A DNA stretch of 64,000 nucleotides from Promethearchaeota archaeon Loki_b32 (GTDB taxonomy: Archaea; Asgardarchaeota; Lokiarchaeia; Sigyniarchaeales; SOKP01). Below, one piece after another: positions 28,713 through 38,069 of the stretch. Where the stretch lies: contig NJBH01000006.1 of assembly GCA_005223125.1 (NCBI GenBank), positions 46,316 through 110,315 of the forward strand. Direction: 5' to 3'. The stretch's first letter is position 1, and the number at the start of each line of letters is the position of its first letter. The position numbers and the translations under genes are program-made. The notes under the pieces were generated by a model. That model had not been told where the DNA came from and did not search any database. It saw only the letters and a list, made by a program, of their open reading frames with translations.

Positions 28713-29261
28713 TTAGAAAACTGGAGATTTTTCAAAGAGAGCATATATCGTTGTTTTATATAATGTATAAATAAAACCTGGTGGTATGATATCTTTTATT
28801 TTTATAATAAGTTCATCAATGACCTTTTCAGTTAAATTTCGATCAAATGTTAAATCTGGATCAAATTTATGTAAAAAGATAGAAAAATCAATACCGTTTT
28901 TTATTTCAATTGAGTTTATCACTTTCTTCATGTATTCTAGCGCGATATGATAACGCTTAACGTCTTGGATATCAATTACATATATAATTTTACTTGTTCC
29001 CTTTATATACTTATTAAAATCGTTGAAATAATCATCAAGATACGCTTGCTGACCCCCAAGATCCCAAATAGAATATTTTGAATTTAAGACTTCAAAATCT
29101 TGCACATCAGGACCTTTCGTAGGCATTGGAGTGTTAAAAGCAGAGATACCCTTGATACCCTTCAAACAATTTAATATCGTTGTTTTCCCACTATTATCTA
29201 ATCCAATTAATACAATTTTAATTGAATCGACTCTTGATTCATTGGTTTTTAAAGTTTTCAT
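28713..29261 (-). CDS. Arf/Sar/Rag-like small GTPase
   Basis: G1 GLDNSGKTT (Arf-like GLDxAGKT), G3 WDLGGQ, G4 variant LHKFD. Confidence 0.8.
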   Translation of the reverse strand: MKTLKTNESRVDSIKIVLIGLDNSGKTTILNCLKGIKGISAFNTPMPTKGPDVQDFEVLNSKYSIWDLGGQQAYLDDYFNDFNKYIKGTSKIIYVIDIQDVKRYHIALEYMKKVINSIEIKNGIDFSIFLHKFDPDLTFDRNLTEKVIDELIIKIKDIIPPGFIYTLYKTTIYALFEKSPVF

Positions 29262-29300
29262 AATTAATCAAAAATATGTTTGAGCATTTTTTTTTAAGAG

Positions 29301-29639
29301 CTATGTTAATGTATCATGTATATCAACATCTCTTATATCTTTGAATTTCTCTTTATATATTTCAGCTACAAGTGAATTTATTCTGTTAAGCAAATTAAAG
29401 ATACTTAGATTTTTAATTTTGTAGTATTTTATATTGTTTTTTTTCTCATATTCGATGAGATTGTTATCATAAAGCATGTTTAAATGCTTTGAGATAGTTG
29501 ATTGTGATTTATTTAAATTTTTTTTAATTTCTAATGAGCTCTTCTCACTTCCCTTTAAGAGATCTAAAATATCTAATCTTGTAGGATCTCCTATGATCTT
29601 TAGGAACTCAATAACACCTCTTCTAAATTCGCTCATCAA
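29301..29639 (-). CDS. ArsR-family winged-helix regulator
   Basis: LKIIGDPTRLDILDLL...SQSTISKHLNMLYDNNLI. Confidence 0.75.
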   Translation of the reverse strand: MMSEFRRGVIEFLKIIGDPTRLDILDLLKGSEKSSLEIKKNLNKSQSTISKHLNMLYDNNLIEYEKKNNIKYYKIKNLSIFNLLNRINSLVAEIYKEKFKDIRDVDIHDTLT

Positions 29640-29768
29640 ATACCAGAAGCATGTTTTATTAAAATTTTATTTTTATAACTTTTTAAACCTTATTTTAATA
29701 GTTTATTAATATTTCATTATTAATACGAAAATCACAAAGATTTAAATATTATGCTATCGTTATATTGT

Positions 29769-29788
29769 TATATCGCTATATCGCGATA
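29769..29788. promoter_or_regulatory. tandem TATATCGC x2 overlapping the perfect palindrome TATCGCGATA; candidate operator
   Basis: Read directly from the sequence; lies 44-63 nt upstream of the preferred ATG (29832) of the first Lrp-like gene, as a GC-containing island in AT-rich spacer. Confidence 0.25.
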
Positions 29789-29831
29789 CATGAATATTGA
29801 TCTTTTTTTTATCAAAAGATGGAGAAAGAAA

Positions 29832-30344
29832 ATGATAAGTGAAAAAATAGGAATGGATGATATTGATTGTAGAATTATGGATTTAATTCAAAGAGAACCA
29901 AGTCTTACACATACTCAGATTGCAGAACATGTGAATCGCAGTCAACCTACCGTAGGAATGCGGGTCAAAAAGCTGGAGAAGTTAGGGGTTTTGAAATATC
30001 AGGCTGGTGTAAATATCAAAACAGCAGATCTATATTTTGCTAGGATTGATCTTCAAACAAAGAACCCAAAAAGGATATTTTCTATGGTGGAAAACTGTCC
30101 ATTCATGCTCACCGCGTTCAGACTGAGCGGAAGTACAAATATTAGTATTTTAGTAGCAGGTTCATCCTTAAAGGACCTCGATCATGTAGTAAATCATCAT
30201 CTTCGAGGTGATCCAGAAGTTATTACTGTCCATATGGATATTATTGAAGATGTTGCAGGAGATCTTGTTTTACCAATAGATTTAAACCTTGGTTATAGTA
30301 AAATCGATTTAGAAAATTACTGTTGTGGCAAATGTAAAGATTAA
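29832..30344 (+). CDS. Lrp/AsnC-like regulator with Cys-containing C-terminal tail (paralog 1)
   Basis: HTH IDCRIMDLIQREPSLTHTQIAEHVNRSQPTVGMRVKKLEKLGVL plus a RAM-like domain; the ATG at 29832 with GGAG 7 nt upstream is preferred over the track start 29751. Confidence 0.7.
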   Translation: MISEKIGMDDIDCRIMDLIQREPSLTHTQIAEHVNRSQPTVGMRVKKLEKLGVLKYQAGVNIKTADLYFARIDLQTKNPKRIFSMVENCPFMLTAFRLSGSTNISILVAGSSLKDLDHVVNHHLRGDPEVITVHMDIIEDVAGDLVLPIDLNLGYSKIDLENYCCGKCKD

Positions 30345-30383
30345 TTTACATACAATCTATTTTTCTTTAATAGGATTATTTTT

Positions 30384-30623
30384 TTAATCTATTATTAATA
30401 CTTTTAATTTACATGCTGTAGTACAGATGTGACATTTAACACATCTGTCTTCGCGATCTTCCACCACGATACATTTAGGGATAGAGTCTTTATTAATAAC
30501 CGTGTAAATTCCTCTAAAGCATGCTTCTTCGCAAGAAAAATCTTTACATTGCGCACACTTAGAGGATTCAATATGATGAAATTTATAACTTTCAATAGTG
30601 TCTCGATTGTCTGCTTCACTCAT
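30384..30623 (-). CDS. small 2x[4Fe-4S]-type ferredoxin
   Basis: CAQCKDFSCEEAC and CVKCHICTTAC. Confidence 0.7.
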   Translation of the reverse strand: MSEADNRDTIESYKFHHIESSKCAQCKDFSCEEACFRGIYTVINKDSIPKCIVVEDREDRCVKCHICTTACKLKVLIID

Positions 30624-30715
30624 TAATAATTAATCATATTAAAAACATCATTTATTCATTTGTTTTATATTATATAACATAATTTTTTAATTCCAGTAAA
30701 AATCAATTATTATCA

Positions 30716-31384
30716 ATGACTTCAGAAAAACAACCGATACTTGAGATACCCAACTTAATGAAAGAATTGTTTGTATCACGTCCTAATCGCTTTGTTGGTG
30801 AAATAAAATACAAAGGAAAGATAGAGTCTGCTCATATTCATGACCCCGGAAGATTGAAAGAATTACTTATTGAAGGGGCTGAAGTGCTATTTACACACTC
30901 ACGAGGAAAGTTAAAATATTATATTAAAGCTGTTTATGATGATGATGAATGGGTTCTTATAGACACCGCTTTACACTCAAATATTGCTCAAAAAGTTTTT
31001 GAACTTTTACCAGAGTTTTCTAAAGTGAAAGAAATAAGAAGAGAAGTAAAACTAGGGAATAGTAGGATAGATTTTCTTCTTGATGATGTACCATTAGAAG
31101 TAAAGGGTGTGACTCTAGTTAAGGAAGGTATAGCACTGTTTCCGGATGCTCCTACTGAACGAGGAGCTAGACATGTCAGAGAAATTATTGAACATAATGG
31201 AATTATATTTTTCTTAATCTTTCGTAAAGCAAGGTGTTTTTCTCCAAATTTAGAGATGGATCCCAAGTTTTCCAAAAATTTAAGCGAAGCAAGAAAAAAA
31301 GGTATTAAAATTTTGGCAGTTCAGATTAGCTTTGATGGAAAAACAGTTTATTACGAGGGGAAAGTAGATCTGATGTTATTTTAA
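30716..31384 (+). CDS. sfsA: SfsA-family nuclease (sugar fermentation stimulation protein homolog)
   Basis: SRPNRFVGEI...AHIHDPGRLKELL...RIDFLL...EVKGVTL...FPDAPTERGARH. Confidence 0.85.
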   Translation: MTSEKQPILEIPNLMKELFVSRPNRFVGEIKYKGKIESAHIHDPGRLKELLIEGAEVLFTHSRGKLKYYIKAVYDDDEWVLIDTALHSNIAQKVFELLPEFSKVKEIRREVKLGNSRIDFLLDDVPLEVKGVTLVKEGIALFPDAPTERGARHVREIIEHNGIIFFLIFRKARCFSPNLEMDPKFSKNLSEARKKGIKILAVQISFDGKTVYYEGKVDLMLF

Positions 31385-31510
31385 AACACCTTCAATATTA
31401 GCTTTTAGAACAGAAAATAAAGAAGACTAATTTTTTATAAATTCACCCTAATATTTTATAATTTGTAAAAATTGTTACTTAATTAGTAAAAAAAATTTAA
31501 CGAGAATATT

Positions 31511-32050
31511 ATGATATCGGATAAATTAAAGCTTGATGAAGTTGACAAGCAAATAATTGCTCTTGTTCAAGAGGATCCTAACCTTACACATACAGAAATC
31601 GCTTCAAAAATAAACAGATCGCAACCAACCGTTGGTATGCGTATAAAAAAGCTGGAAAAAAATGGTATTCTCCAATTCCAACCCGGTATCAATTTTAAGA
31701 AAGTTGATTTGTACCTCGCAACGGTTGAGTTAAAAACTAAAAATCCGGATGAAATTATGGATATGGCTAAACACTGCCCATTCATGTTAAACGCATTTCG
31801 CTTGAGCGGGGAACACAATATTTGCATATTACTTGCAAGTTCTAAGCTTCAGAAACTTGATAATATTGTTAATTATCATTTTCGAAATAATCCTCAAATA
31901 AGCAGTGTTTCATTGGAAATTGTCCTTGATATTGCTAAGGATTTCATTTTACCGATTGATTTTGATTCAGAAGATCATGACCCTACACTCGAGGATGGAT
32001 GCGGGGAGAAGTGTCGTTGGAAACTTGCAAAAAATAAGAAACTAGGGTAG
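31511..32050 (+). CDS. Lrp/AsnC-like regulator with Cys-containing C-terminal tail (paralog 2)
   Basis: VDKQIIALVQEDPNLTHTEIASKINRSQPTVGMRIKKLEKNGIL; collinear with paralogs 1 and 3. Confidence 0.7.
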   Translation: MISDKLKLDEVDKQIIALVQEDPNLTHTEIASKINRSQPTVGMRIKKLEKNGILQFQPGINFKKVDLYLATVELKTKNPDEIMDMAKHCPFMLNAFRLSGEHNICILLASSKLQKLDNIVNYHFRNNPQISSVSLEIVLDIAKDFILPIDFDSEDHDPTLEDGCGEKCRWKLAKNKKLG

Positions 32051-32067
32051 CCCAATTCCTTTTTATA

Positions 32068-32634
32068 CTAGGTTTCTTTTTCAATATTAAATTTAAATTT
32101 AGGAATTTCATCTTGAAGCAAGCAATCTGGCCCACAATATCTCCCATCAAAGTTTTCGATTTGAAAATCTATGGGAACAACAAAATCATGGATTGATTCA
32201 ATTAAAATATTGGTTTTAACATTAATAACATTATCATCACGTCTGAAACACAAATCTACGAGTTTTTCAATGGTTTGAAGATTTGATGCTGCGATAAAGC
32301 ATAGTACGTTAAATTCCCCCGAGGTTTTAAATGCATGGTTAATAAACGGACAATTTACAATTTTCTTAACAATTGCTTCAACATCTTTAGTAGAAAGATA
32401 AACTATAGCAACTTTGATATCAACTTTTTTAATATTGAAGCCTACTTGTTTTGTAAGCAGGTGTTTTCTTTCTAATTTTAGGATTCGAGCCCCCACAGCA
32501 GGTTGAGATTTTTCAATTTCCTTAGCTATATCACTGTGAGTGATACCAGGGTTCTCCTCAATCATTTCAATGATTTTCTTGTCGGCCTCATCTATAGAAA
32601 GCAGATCTGAAAAATTTTTCTTCTTCATATCCAT
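32068..32634 (-). CDS. Lrp/AsnC-like regulator with Cys-containing C-terminal tail (paralog 3)
   Basis: ADKKIIEMIEENPGITHSDIAKEIEKSQPAVGARILKLERKHLL; collinear with paralogs 1 and 2. Confidence 0.7.
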   Translation of the reverse strand: MDMKKKNFSDLLSIDEADKKIIEMIEENPGITHSDIAKEIEKSQPAVGARILKLERKHLLTKQVGFNIKKVDIKVAIVYLSTKDVEAIVKKIVNCPFINHAFKTSGEFNVLCFIAASNLQTIEKLVDLCFRRDDNVINVKTNILIESIHDFVVPIDFQIENFDGRYCGPDCLLQDEIPKFKFNIEKET

Positions 32635-32820
32635 ACTATTTCAATTTTTTTTTTTTTTTTCATGTCTAAGCCCTTCAAAACAAGACATTAATTTAAATGT
32701 AATTTCAATGAATTTAAATATTTATAAAGAGAACAATTATCGAAATTAAGAATATTTAGTCAATATATTTTTTTTTATAAGTCTAATTTTTCTTTAATAA
32801 ATGGAAGATGATCGCCTTCT

Positions 32821-33783
32821 TTATAATACATTAGTAAAAATATTAATGATAATTATTACTACAGCGAAACCTACTAAGCCAATAAGGAATTTCAATGGAT
32901 CTCCTTTTTCTTTTTCTGGTATCACTTCCCTTACTATAACGTATAAAATGACTCCAGAAATGAAAGAATAAAATAGAAATAAGAGTTCGATATTATCTGG
33001 TAAGAGTGAGTTAACTAATAGCCCAATTATAATGCCGGTTGGAGCGGCGGCATATGATAAATACTTAATAAGAGGTTCTTCTTCAAATTTATTATCTTCA
33101 TAGATTTCTAAGTCAGTGAATGCAAGATGTGCTTCAGATCGTTTAGTTACAACAGTTCTAAACAAGGCATATATGAAAAAGAGAATACCTCCTATTAATT
33201 CAATGCGTAATAATCCAACTAAAATAATTCCTACGAGAAAATGGTAAATGTAATCTGTAATAAATCGGAAATTTGTTAATTCTTTATTAATATGATTTTG
33301 AATCTTTATTTTATAGTTATTTATTTCAATTTTCATTCCCTCCTCTTGTTTATTTAATGCAGAGAGTGTCTGGGCTATTTCTCTTAGAACAGCTTCATCT
33401 AGATTTTCGTGTGTTAATTCCTTTGTGAGAATTTTTTCCATATTGCGTTCCACACTTTCTAAAATTTTCTCTTTTTTGAGCAATTTTCTCATTTTTCTTT
33501 GTGTTTTCACTTCAACTTTCTGCAAAATTAATTTTTCAGAGATGTGAACAAAAGAAAAACCAATTAGGACAAAAAGATATTCAAATAATTTTAAATCAAA
33601 AGGGAATACTGGTAATCTTTCAGCAATTTCTGGAAGGACAATCAAGAAAAAATAAGCTACTGATATACCAGCAATTAATGAGGCATGTACTTGAATGAGA
33701 TTTTGCTCAAAATGTTCTGTGATAAAAAATAAGATACCAAAAGCTAATGCAAGAATAACAACTATTATTAAATCAACACTCAT
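32821..33783 (-). CDS. polytopic membrane protein with central charged coiled-coil loop (ZIP-like topology, degenerate motifs)
   Basis: 3 TM, then a ~90-aa K/E-rich loop, then 4-5 TM; C-terminal GVILYVIVREVIPE is reminiscent of ZIP TM8; canonical HNxxDG/HExPE motifs not seen. Confidence 0.35.
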   Translation of the reverse strand: MSVDLIIVVILALAFGILFFITEHFEQNLIQVHASLIAGISVAYFFLIVLPEIAERLPVFPFDLKLFEYLFVLIGFSFVHISEKLILQKVEVKTQRKMRKLLKKEKILESVERNMEKILTKELTHENLDEAVLREIAQTLSALNKQEEGMKIEINNYKIKIQNHINKELTNFRFITDYIYHFLVGIILVGLLRIELIGGILFFIYALFRTVVTKRSEAHLAFTDLEIYEDNKFEEEPLIKYLSYAAAPTGIIIGLLVNSLLPDNIELLFLFYSFISGVILYVIVREVIPEKEKGDPLKFLIGLVGFAVVIIIINIFTNVL

Positions 33784-33938
33784 TAATATTGAAAATAGAT
33801 TTAAAATTTAATAAAGTTGTAGTAATAAGCAAAGCTATAAAATTCATATGAATTTCAATAAATATATAGACATTTAAGGTTCATAGGTGATATTTAATCG
33901 AGTTTCTAATTATAACATCAACTGAAGATAAAGCATCA

Positions 33939-34772
33939 ATGAATATAAGAGAGAATTTTTTAAATTCTAAAGTTCATAATTTCGAAGAAACAGATATTAG
34001 GTGGCATAAAAATCCAATATTTAAATTAAAAGGGAATTTTAAAGAAAATGAAATATTTTTAGGTTTAACAAAAGAGCCATTAATTTTTCTGAATGATTTA
34101 AGATTAGATGAGTCAGAGTTAAATCCCGATTTACTTATTTTTGCAAGTCGACACACTTCAAAGACTGCTCGACCAGCATTTTTAGTCCATACTACAGGAA
34201 ATTGGGGTGAAGATGCAGATTTTGGTGGCAATTCTCAAGATTTATCAAAAACAAGCGCTTTACTTCACAAGGCAGGATTTGTTTCATTGATTGAACAAGA
34301 ACTTTCGCCCCAATTAGCAGAGTTTTCGATTGATGTTGAAGTTACTCATCATGGGCCTACAATATTAGAAAAACCCTTAATATTCATGGAATTAGGGAGT
34401 AGTAAGGGAGAGTGGATTATTAGTAATGCGGGAGAACTTCTTGCCAATGTAATAATTAACACAATCTTCAAATACTTAGAATTTAATGAAAAAAAAAGTG
34501 ATATAATAGGTTTGGGTTTTGGAGGAACACACTATGCTCCAAATTTTAATAGACTTATTCGAAACAAGAATATTGCAATGTCTTTTATTTGTCCCAAATA
34601 TTATGTTCAACAATTGAATGTAGAGTTGATATCAAAAATGATTAATAATACGCTTGAAAAAGTTGATTATTTCATTGTTGATTGGAAAGGGACCAATTCT
34701 GAAAATAAAAAGCATCTAATTCCTCTTTTGGAAGAATTTAAAATCCCAATAAAAAAGACAAAAGAGTTTTAA
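33939..34772 (+). CDS. dtdA: D-aminoacyl-tRNA deacylase, archaeal type (DTD2)
   Basis: FASRHTSKTARPAFLVHTTGNWG and VEVTHHGPT segments, and a size typical of the family. Confidence 0.75.
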   Translation: MNIRENFLNSKVHNFEETDIRWHKNPIFKLKGNFKENEIFLGLTKEPLIFLNDLRLDESELNPDLLIFASRHTSKTARPAFLVHTTGNWGEDADFGGNSQDLSKTSALLHKAGFVSLIEQELSPQLAEFSIDVEVTHHGPTILEKPLIFMELGSSKGEWIISNAGELLANVIINTIFKYLEFNEKKSDIIGLGFGGTHYAPNFNRLIRNKNIAMSFICPKYYVQQLNVELISKMINNTLEKVDYFIVDWKGTNSENKKHLIPLLEEFKIPIKKTKEF

Positions 34773-34802
34773 TGTTCCAGTATTTAGAAAATTGAGCTAA
34801 AC

Positions 34803-35672
34803 CTAATTTGGTTCTTCCTTTATTTTTTCATAGTATTTAACTAAATTTTTAAAAACAAAATTAGTAGGAGAAAATCCTTGAGTTGCGGTTTTTAGCAGAA
34901 TTTTCTGAAGAAAATCATGATATTTTATATTCTGATCTAAAGTCACATTTAATTCTCTGATGTTAAAGAAGCTACGAAAAAATAACGTTGGCCAATCTAC
35001 CAAAGATTGTAGTAATTGAGTATAAACTAATTTTCCATCCTTGGTTAATGCTATTTCCTTATTTAAATAGTAGTAATTAGTTTTCCCCTTCTTTTCTACA
35101 ATAACAATTCCTTCTGCCTCAATTTCTTTCATAAGGTTATTTACATCAGCTAGTTCTATACCTTTCATATTTAATTTCTTTAAACTATACAAAATTTCCA
35201 AATCTGATAGACCTTGTAATTTAATCAATGTATAATTTCTGCCAATTATGTTGTATTTCAATGGAACAGATTCATGATCTAATTTATTATATTGTATTAA
35301 ATTGCCCAAAATTTCTTTTGCTATGAAATATTTTAAAATTAATTGATCCTCTTCAGAGAAATCTTTCTTAAATAATTCTGAATCGAAATAAGAACTATAT
35401 AAGGTGTGCAATAATGTTTTTGTAGAATAAAATCCATCCACCGTAGCTTGTTCAACGTTTTTTAAAACATCAATCCTGTAATCAATATCCTTTAAGAATT
35501 TAGTTTTGTCAAGAGGTATTTGGCGGACAATATGAGGTTTTTCATCAAAAGGTTTTAAGTATTCATCCCATTTTTTTTTGAAACGAGGGGATTGAGTTTT
35601 TACTATTTTGGAGAGTTTGTATACTACCTCAAAAAGTTTATTTAGAAATTCAGTTTCAGAAACCTTAGTCAT
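34803..35672 (-). CDS. hypothetical protein with possible winged-helix module
   Basis: LSDLEILYSLKKLNMKGIELADVNNLMKEIEAEGIVIVEKKGKTNYYYL resembles a wHTH; otherwise no motif. Confidence 0.3.
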   Translation of the reverse strand: MTKVSETEFLNKLFEVVYKLSKIVKTQSPRFKKKWDEYLKPFDEKPHIVRQIPLDKTKFLKDIDYRIDVLKNVEQATVDGFYSTKTLLHTLYSSYFDSELFKKDFSEEDQLILKYFIAKEILGNLIQYNKLDHESVPLKYNIIGRNYTLIKLQGLSDLEILYSLKKLNMKGIELADVNNLMKEIEAEGIVIVEKKGKTNYYYLNKEIALTKDGKLVYTQLLQSLVDWPTLFFRSFFNIRELNVTLDQNIKYHDFLQKILLKTATQGFSPTNFVFKNLVKYYEKIKEEPN

Positions 35673-35867
35673 CCTTGAAATACCTTAGCCTTAATCCATT
35701 TTTTTTTTTCCTTCTATTAATAATATTATGACCTAAATATTTTTAAATTTTAGATAAAAAAACGAATGCGATCATACAATTAGAGCACAGATTTTAATTT
35801 ATAAAAATTTAAATAAAAAAAATATAATTATTGAAAATTTGTTATTTAACACGATGAAGGTTATTTA

Positions 35868-36326
35868 TTAACCCTCTTTTCTGAATTTCATATATGAAAC
35901 TATACATAATGAGAATATTATTATATAGAGCGTCATGAGAATTGTTAATAATATGCTAAATTCACCTGCACTGGCAAATAAAGCTATAGCACGAATAGAT
36001 AATATAATGCTTATTGCTGTGAAGACATTGCATATAATACTTACTGTTTTAAATTTTCTCAAGGCAATTTGAAGTATACCTAAAACAACATAAATTATAA
36101 CAGCAATTACAGTACCAATAATAGTCATTAATAAAGCAAATATAACAATTGCAATACCTTCAAATAAACTCACCGCTTCATCGAGATCAATAATGAAGGC
36201 AGAATAAATCACTGTTGCATTTATATCAAGAAAGAAGGTAACAATTCGCAATATTGCAACTAAAATACATAAATTCCCCGCAACGATTCTTAAAATTTTA
36301 TTAATTTCCATATTAGATTCTCCCAA
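35868..36326 (-). CDS. small integral membrane protein (4 TM), hypothetical
   Basis: Hydrophobicity pattern only. Confidence 0.4.
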   Translation of the reverse strand: MGESNMEINKILRIVAGNLCILVAILRIVTFFLDINATVIYSAFIIDLDEAVSLFEGIAIVIFALLMTIIGTVIAVIIYVVLGILQIALRKFKTVSIICNVFTAISIILSIRAIALFASAGEFSILLTILMTLYIIIFSLCIVSYMKFRKEG

Positions 36327-36422
36327 AATTATAATTTTAATTTATTAATTAATATTAACTTAAATATTTTAAAAAATATTCTTCTTATTTGCCTATAAAT
36401 AATTGTGAAACGAGAAGAAAAA

Positions 36423-36812
36423 ATGAAAATTGAGCATGTAGCTGTAGGACACAATTCTGAATTAGAAGCGGATATGTTTTTTATCGAATTACTTGGAATG
36501 AAAAAAACGCGATCAAAATCAGTTCCCGCTGATTTAATGGAAAAGTTTTTTAGTGTGAAAAGAGAACATACACTTCTAGTTTATGAATATGCAGATTTGA
36601 ATTTTGAAGTGTTTATTACTGATGATAAAAGTAAAGCAAGTGATATGTTTACTCATTGTTGCTTATTGATTGATAATAGAGATGAGTTTGTTGATAAAGC
36701 ATCCTCAATGGGATATGACGTAGTGAAAGTTCCTAGAGATGTTAGCAATGGATATTATCTTTTTATAAGAGATTCCTTTCACAACATTTATGAAATTAAG
36801 GAAAATATGTAA
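36423..36812 (+). CDS. glyoxalase/VOC-family protein
   Basis: MKIEHVAVG...FFIELLGM N-terminal beta-alpha-beta-beta-beta module; ATG at 36423 preferred over the GTG at 36405. Confidence 0.6.
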   Translation: MKIEHVAVGHNSELEADMFFIELLGMKKTRSKSVPADLMEKFFSVKREHTLLVYEYADLNFEVFITDDKSKASDMFTHCCLLIDNRDEFVDKASSMGYDVVKVPRDVSNGYYLFIRDSFHNIYEIKENM

Positions 36813-36892
36813 ATTGATTAATCTGATTTTTTTAAAATCCCTGAATTTTTAATGATTTCCATATGGTCAAACGCTAATTTTAAAGAAGAGAC

Positions 36893-37246
36893 TTATGTTA
36901 AGGGTACCAGTTCTAATTCAGCCGCATCATCTTTGGCTTTTGGTTTTTCCTTTTTTGTCTTCGGTTTACATAAGAAAGCAATAGAAACAGTATGTCCCCT
37001 CGGATCACGTTTAGGATCGGAAAAAACTCCAATTACATTGATAATGTTCACATTTATGTTTGTTTCTTCAAAAGCTTCCCTAATACACGCTTCTTCTACA
37101 GTTTCTCCTATATCTACAAAACCTCCTGGCAGTGCTAAATCCCTCATGAAAGGAGGGTTTTTTCTCCGAATCAGAACTAAATCTCTTTTGTTATTAACCA
37201 AAATGACTGCATCAACAGTTAATAAGGGAGTTAATGGTTTAGGCAT
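36893..37246 (-). CDS. NUDIX hydrolase
   Basis: Nudix box GGFVDIGETVEEACIREAFEETNI; the ATG at 37246 lies 1 nt after the upstream gene's TAA. Confidence 0.8.
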   Translation of the reverse strand: MPKPLTPLLTVDAVILVNNKRDLVLIRRKNPPFMRDLALPGGFVDIGETVEEACIREAFEETNINVNIINVIGVFSDPKRDPRGHTVSIAFLCKPKTKKEKPKAKDDAAELELVPLT

Positions 37247-37247
37247 A

Positions 37248-38069
37248 TTATTCATCCCATACTTCTGATGCAAGTAAATGCTCTATCCTTGTTTTCCTAG
37301 GTCTAATAAATTCTGTATGATGTTCCTTACGTTCCACTAATAAACTTTTCTCAAGATTAATTGAATTAACTATGTAGACTTCTAAATCCCCTTCATTAAG
37401 AAAAATATGATTAAAACTAGGCGAATCATCAGCGCGGACTTTATTTGAAGTTGAAGTACCACAATAAAGAAATGTTGTACTTGAAGAATTCTTCCAAGAA
37501 ATTGTATAAGCATGAGGAACATGGCGATGACCCATTAATACTAAATCTATTTCAAATAAATTAGTAAACTCTAGAATTTCTCCAGCATCTCGAACAGTTG
37601 TAAATTTTTGTCCAGACATTGGAATAGGAATTAAATGGTGATGTAATGCAATTACTCTATCTTCTAAATTCCTGTTAAATTGGCGTGCTAACCAATCGAG
37701 TTGCTCGTCACCGATTTCGCCAGACGCGATATCATCTTTCGCAGAGCAAACACCTACTATTATGGCATCTTTTTCATTTAGAACCACTCTAGACCTTCTT
37801 GGTCCAATTATTTTCTCAAAAAATACGAGACCAGAATTTTTGGCATCATGATTGCCGGGTACTGCCATGAATTTAGTAATATCTTTTATTCTTTTAATAT
37901 ATTGAACTACATTTTTAAATTGAACAACCCTTCCCTTATGTACAATATCTCCCGTACATATCACTATATCAGGGCGAATTTCATCAATGTAACTAATAAT
38001 ATTTTCGAATAGGTCTTCTCTAAACTCACTTCCATAATGTAAATCACTGATTTGTATGATTTCTACCAA
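37248..38069 (-). CDS. calcineurin-like metallophosphoesterase
   Basis: ISDLHYG, TGDIVHKG, PGNHD, ALHHH, GHRHVPH. Confidence 0.8.
   Translation of the reverse strand: MVEIIQISDLHYGSEFREDLFENIISYIDEIRPDIVICTGDIVHKGRVVQFKNVVQYIKRIKDITKFMAVPGNHDAKNSGLVFFEKIIGPRRSRVVLNEKDAIIVGVCSAKDDIASGEIGDEQLDWLARQFNRNLEDRVIALHHHLIPIPMSGQKFTTVRDAGEILEFTNLFEIDLVLMGHRHVPHAYTISWKNSSSTTFLYCGTSTSNKVRADDSPSFNHIFLNEGDLEVYIVNSINLEKSLLVERKEHHTEFIRPRKTRIEHLLASEVWDE

Noticed and set aside
32655-32670. 16-nt T homopolymer (A16 on the coding strand) just upstream of the third Lrp-like gene
   Set aside because: It could be a slippage-prone expression switch. However, long A/T runs are common in this very AT-rich sequence (for example after dfx and around 35690), so it is most likely compositional.
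32671-32700. Inverted repeat ATGTCT...AGACAT upstream of the third Lrp-like gene
   Set aside because: It has only a 6-7 bp stem with a 16-nt loop in AT-rich DNA and does not recur at the paralogous promoters. This is not enough for a regulatory call.
36852-37268. 138-aa plus-strand ORF
   Set aside because: Antisense to the NUDIX gene, which has a clear Nudix box. The translation is S/F-rich noise.
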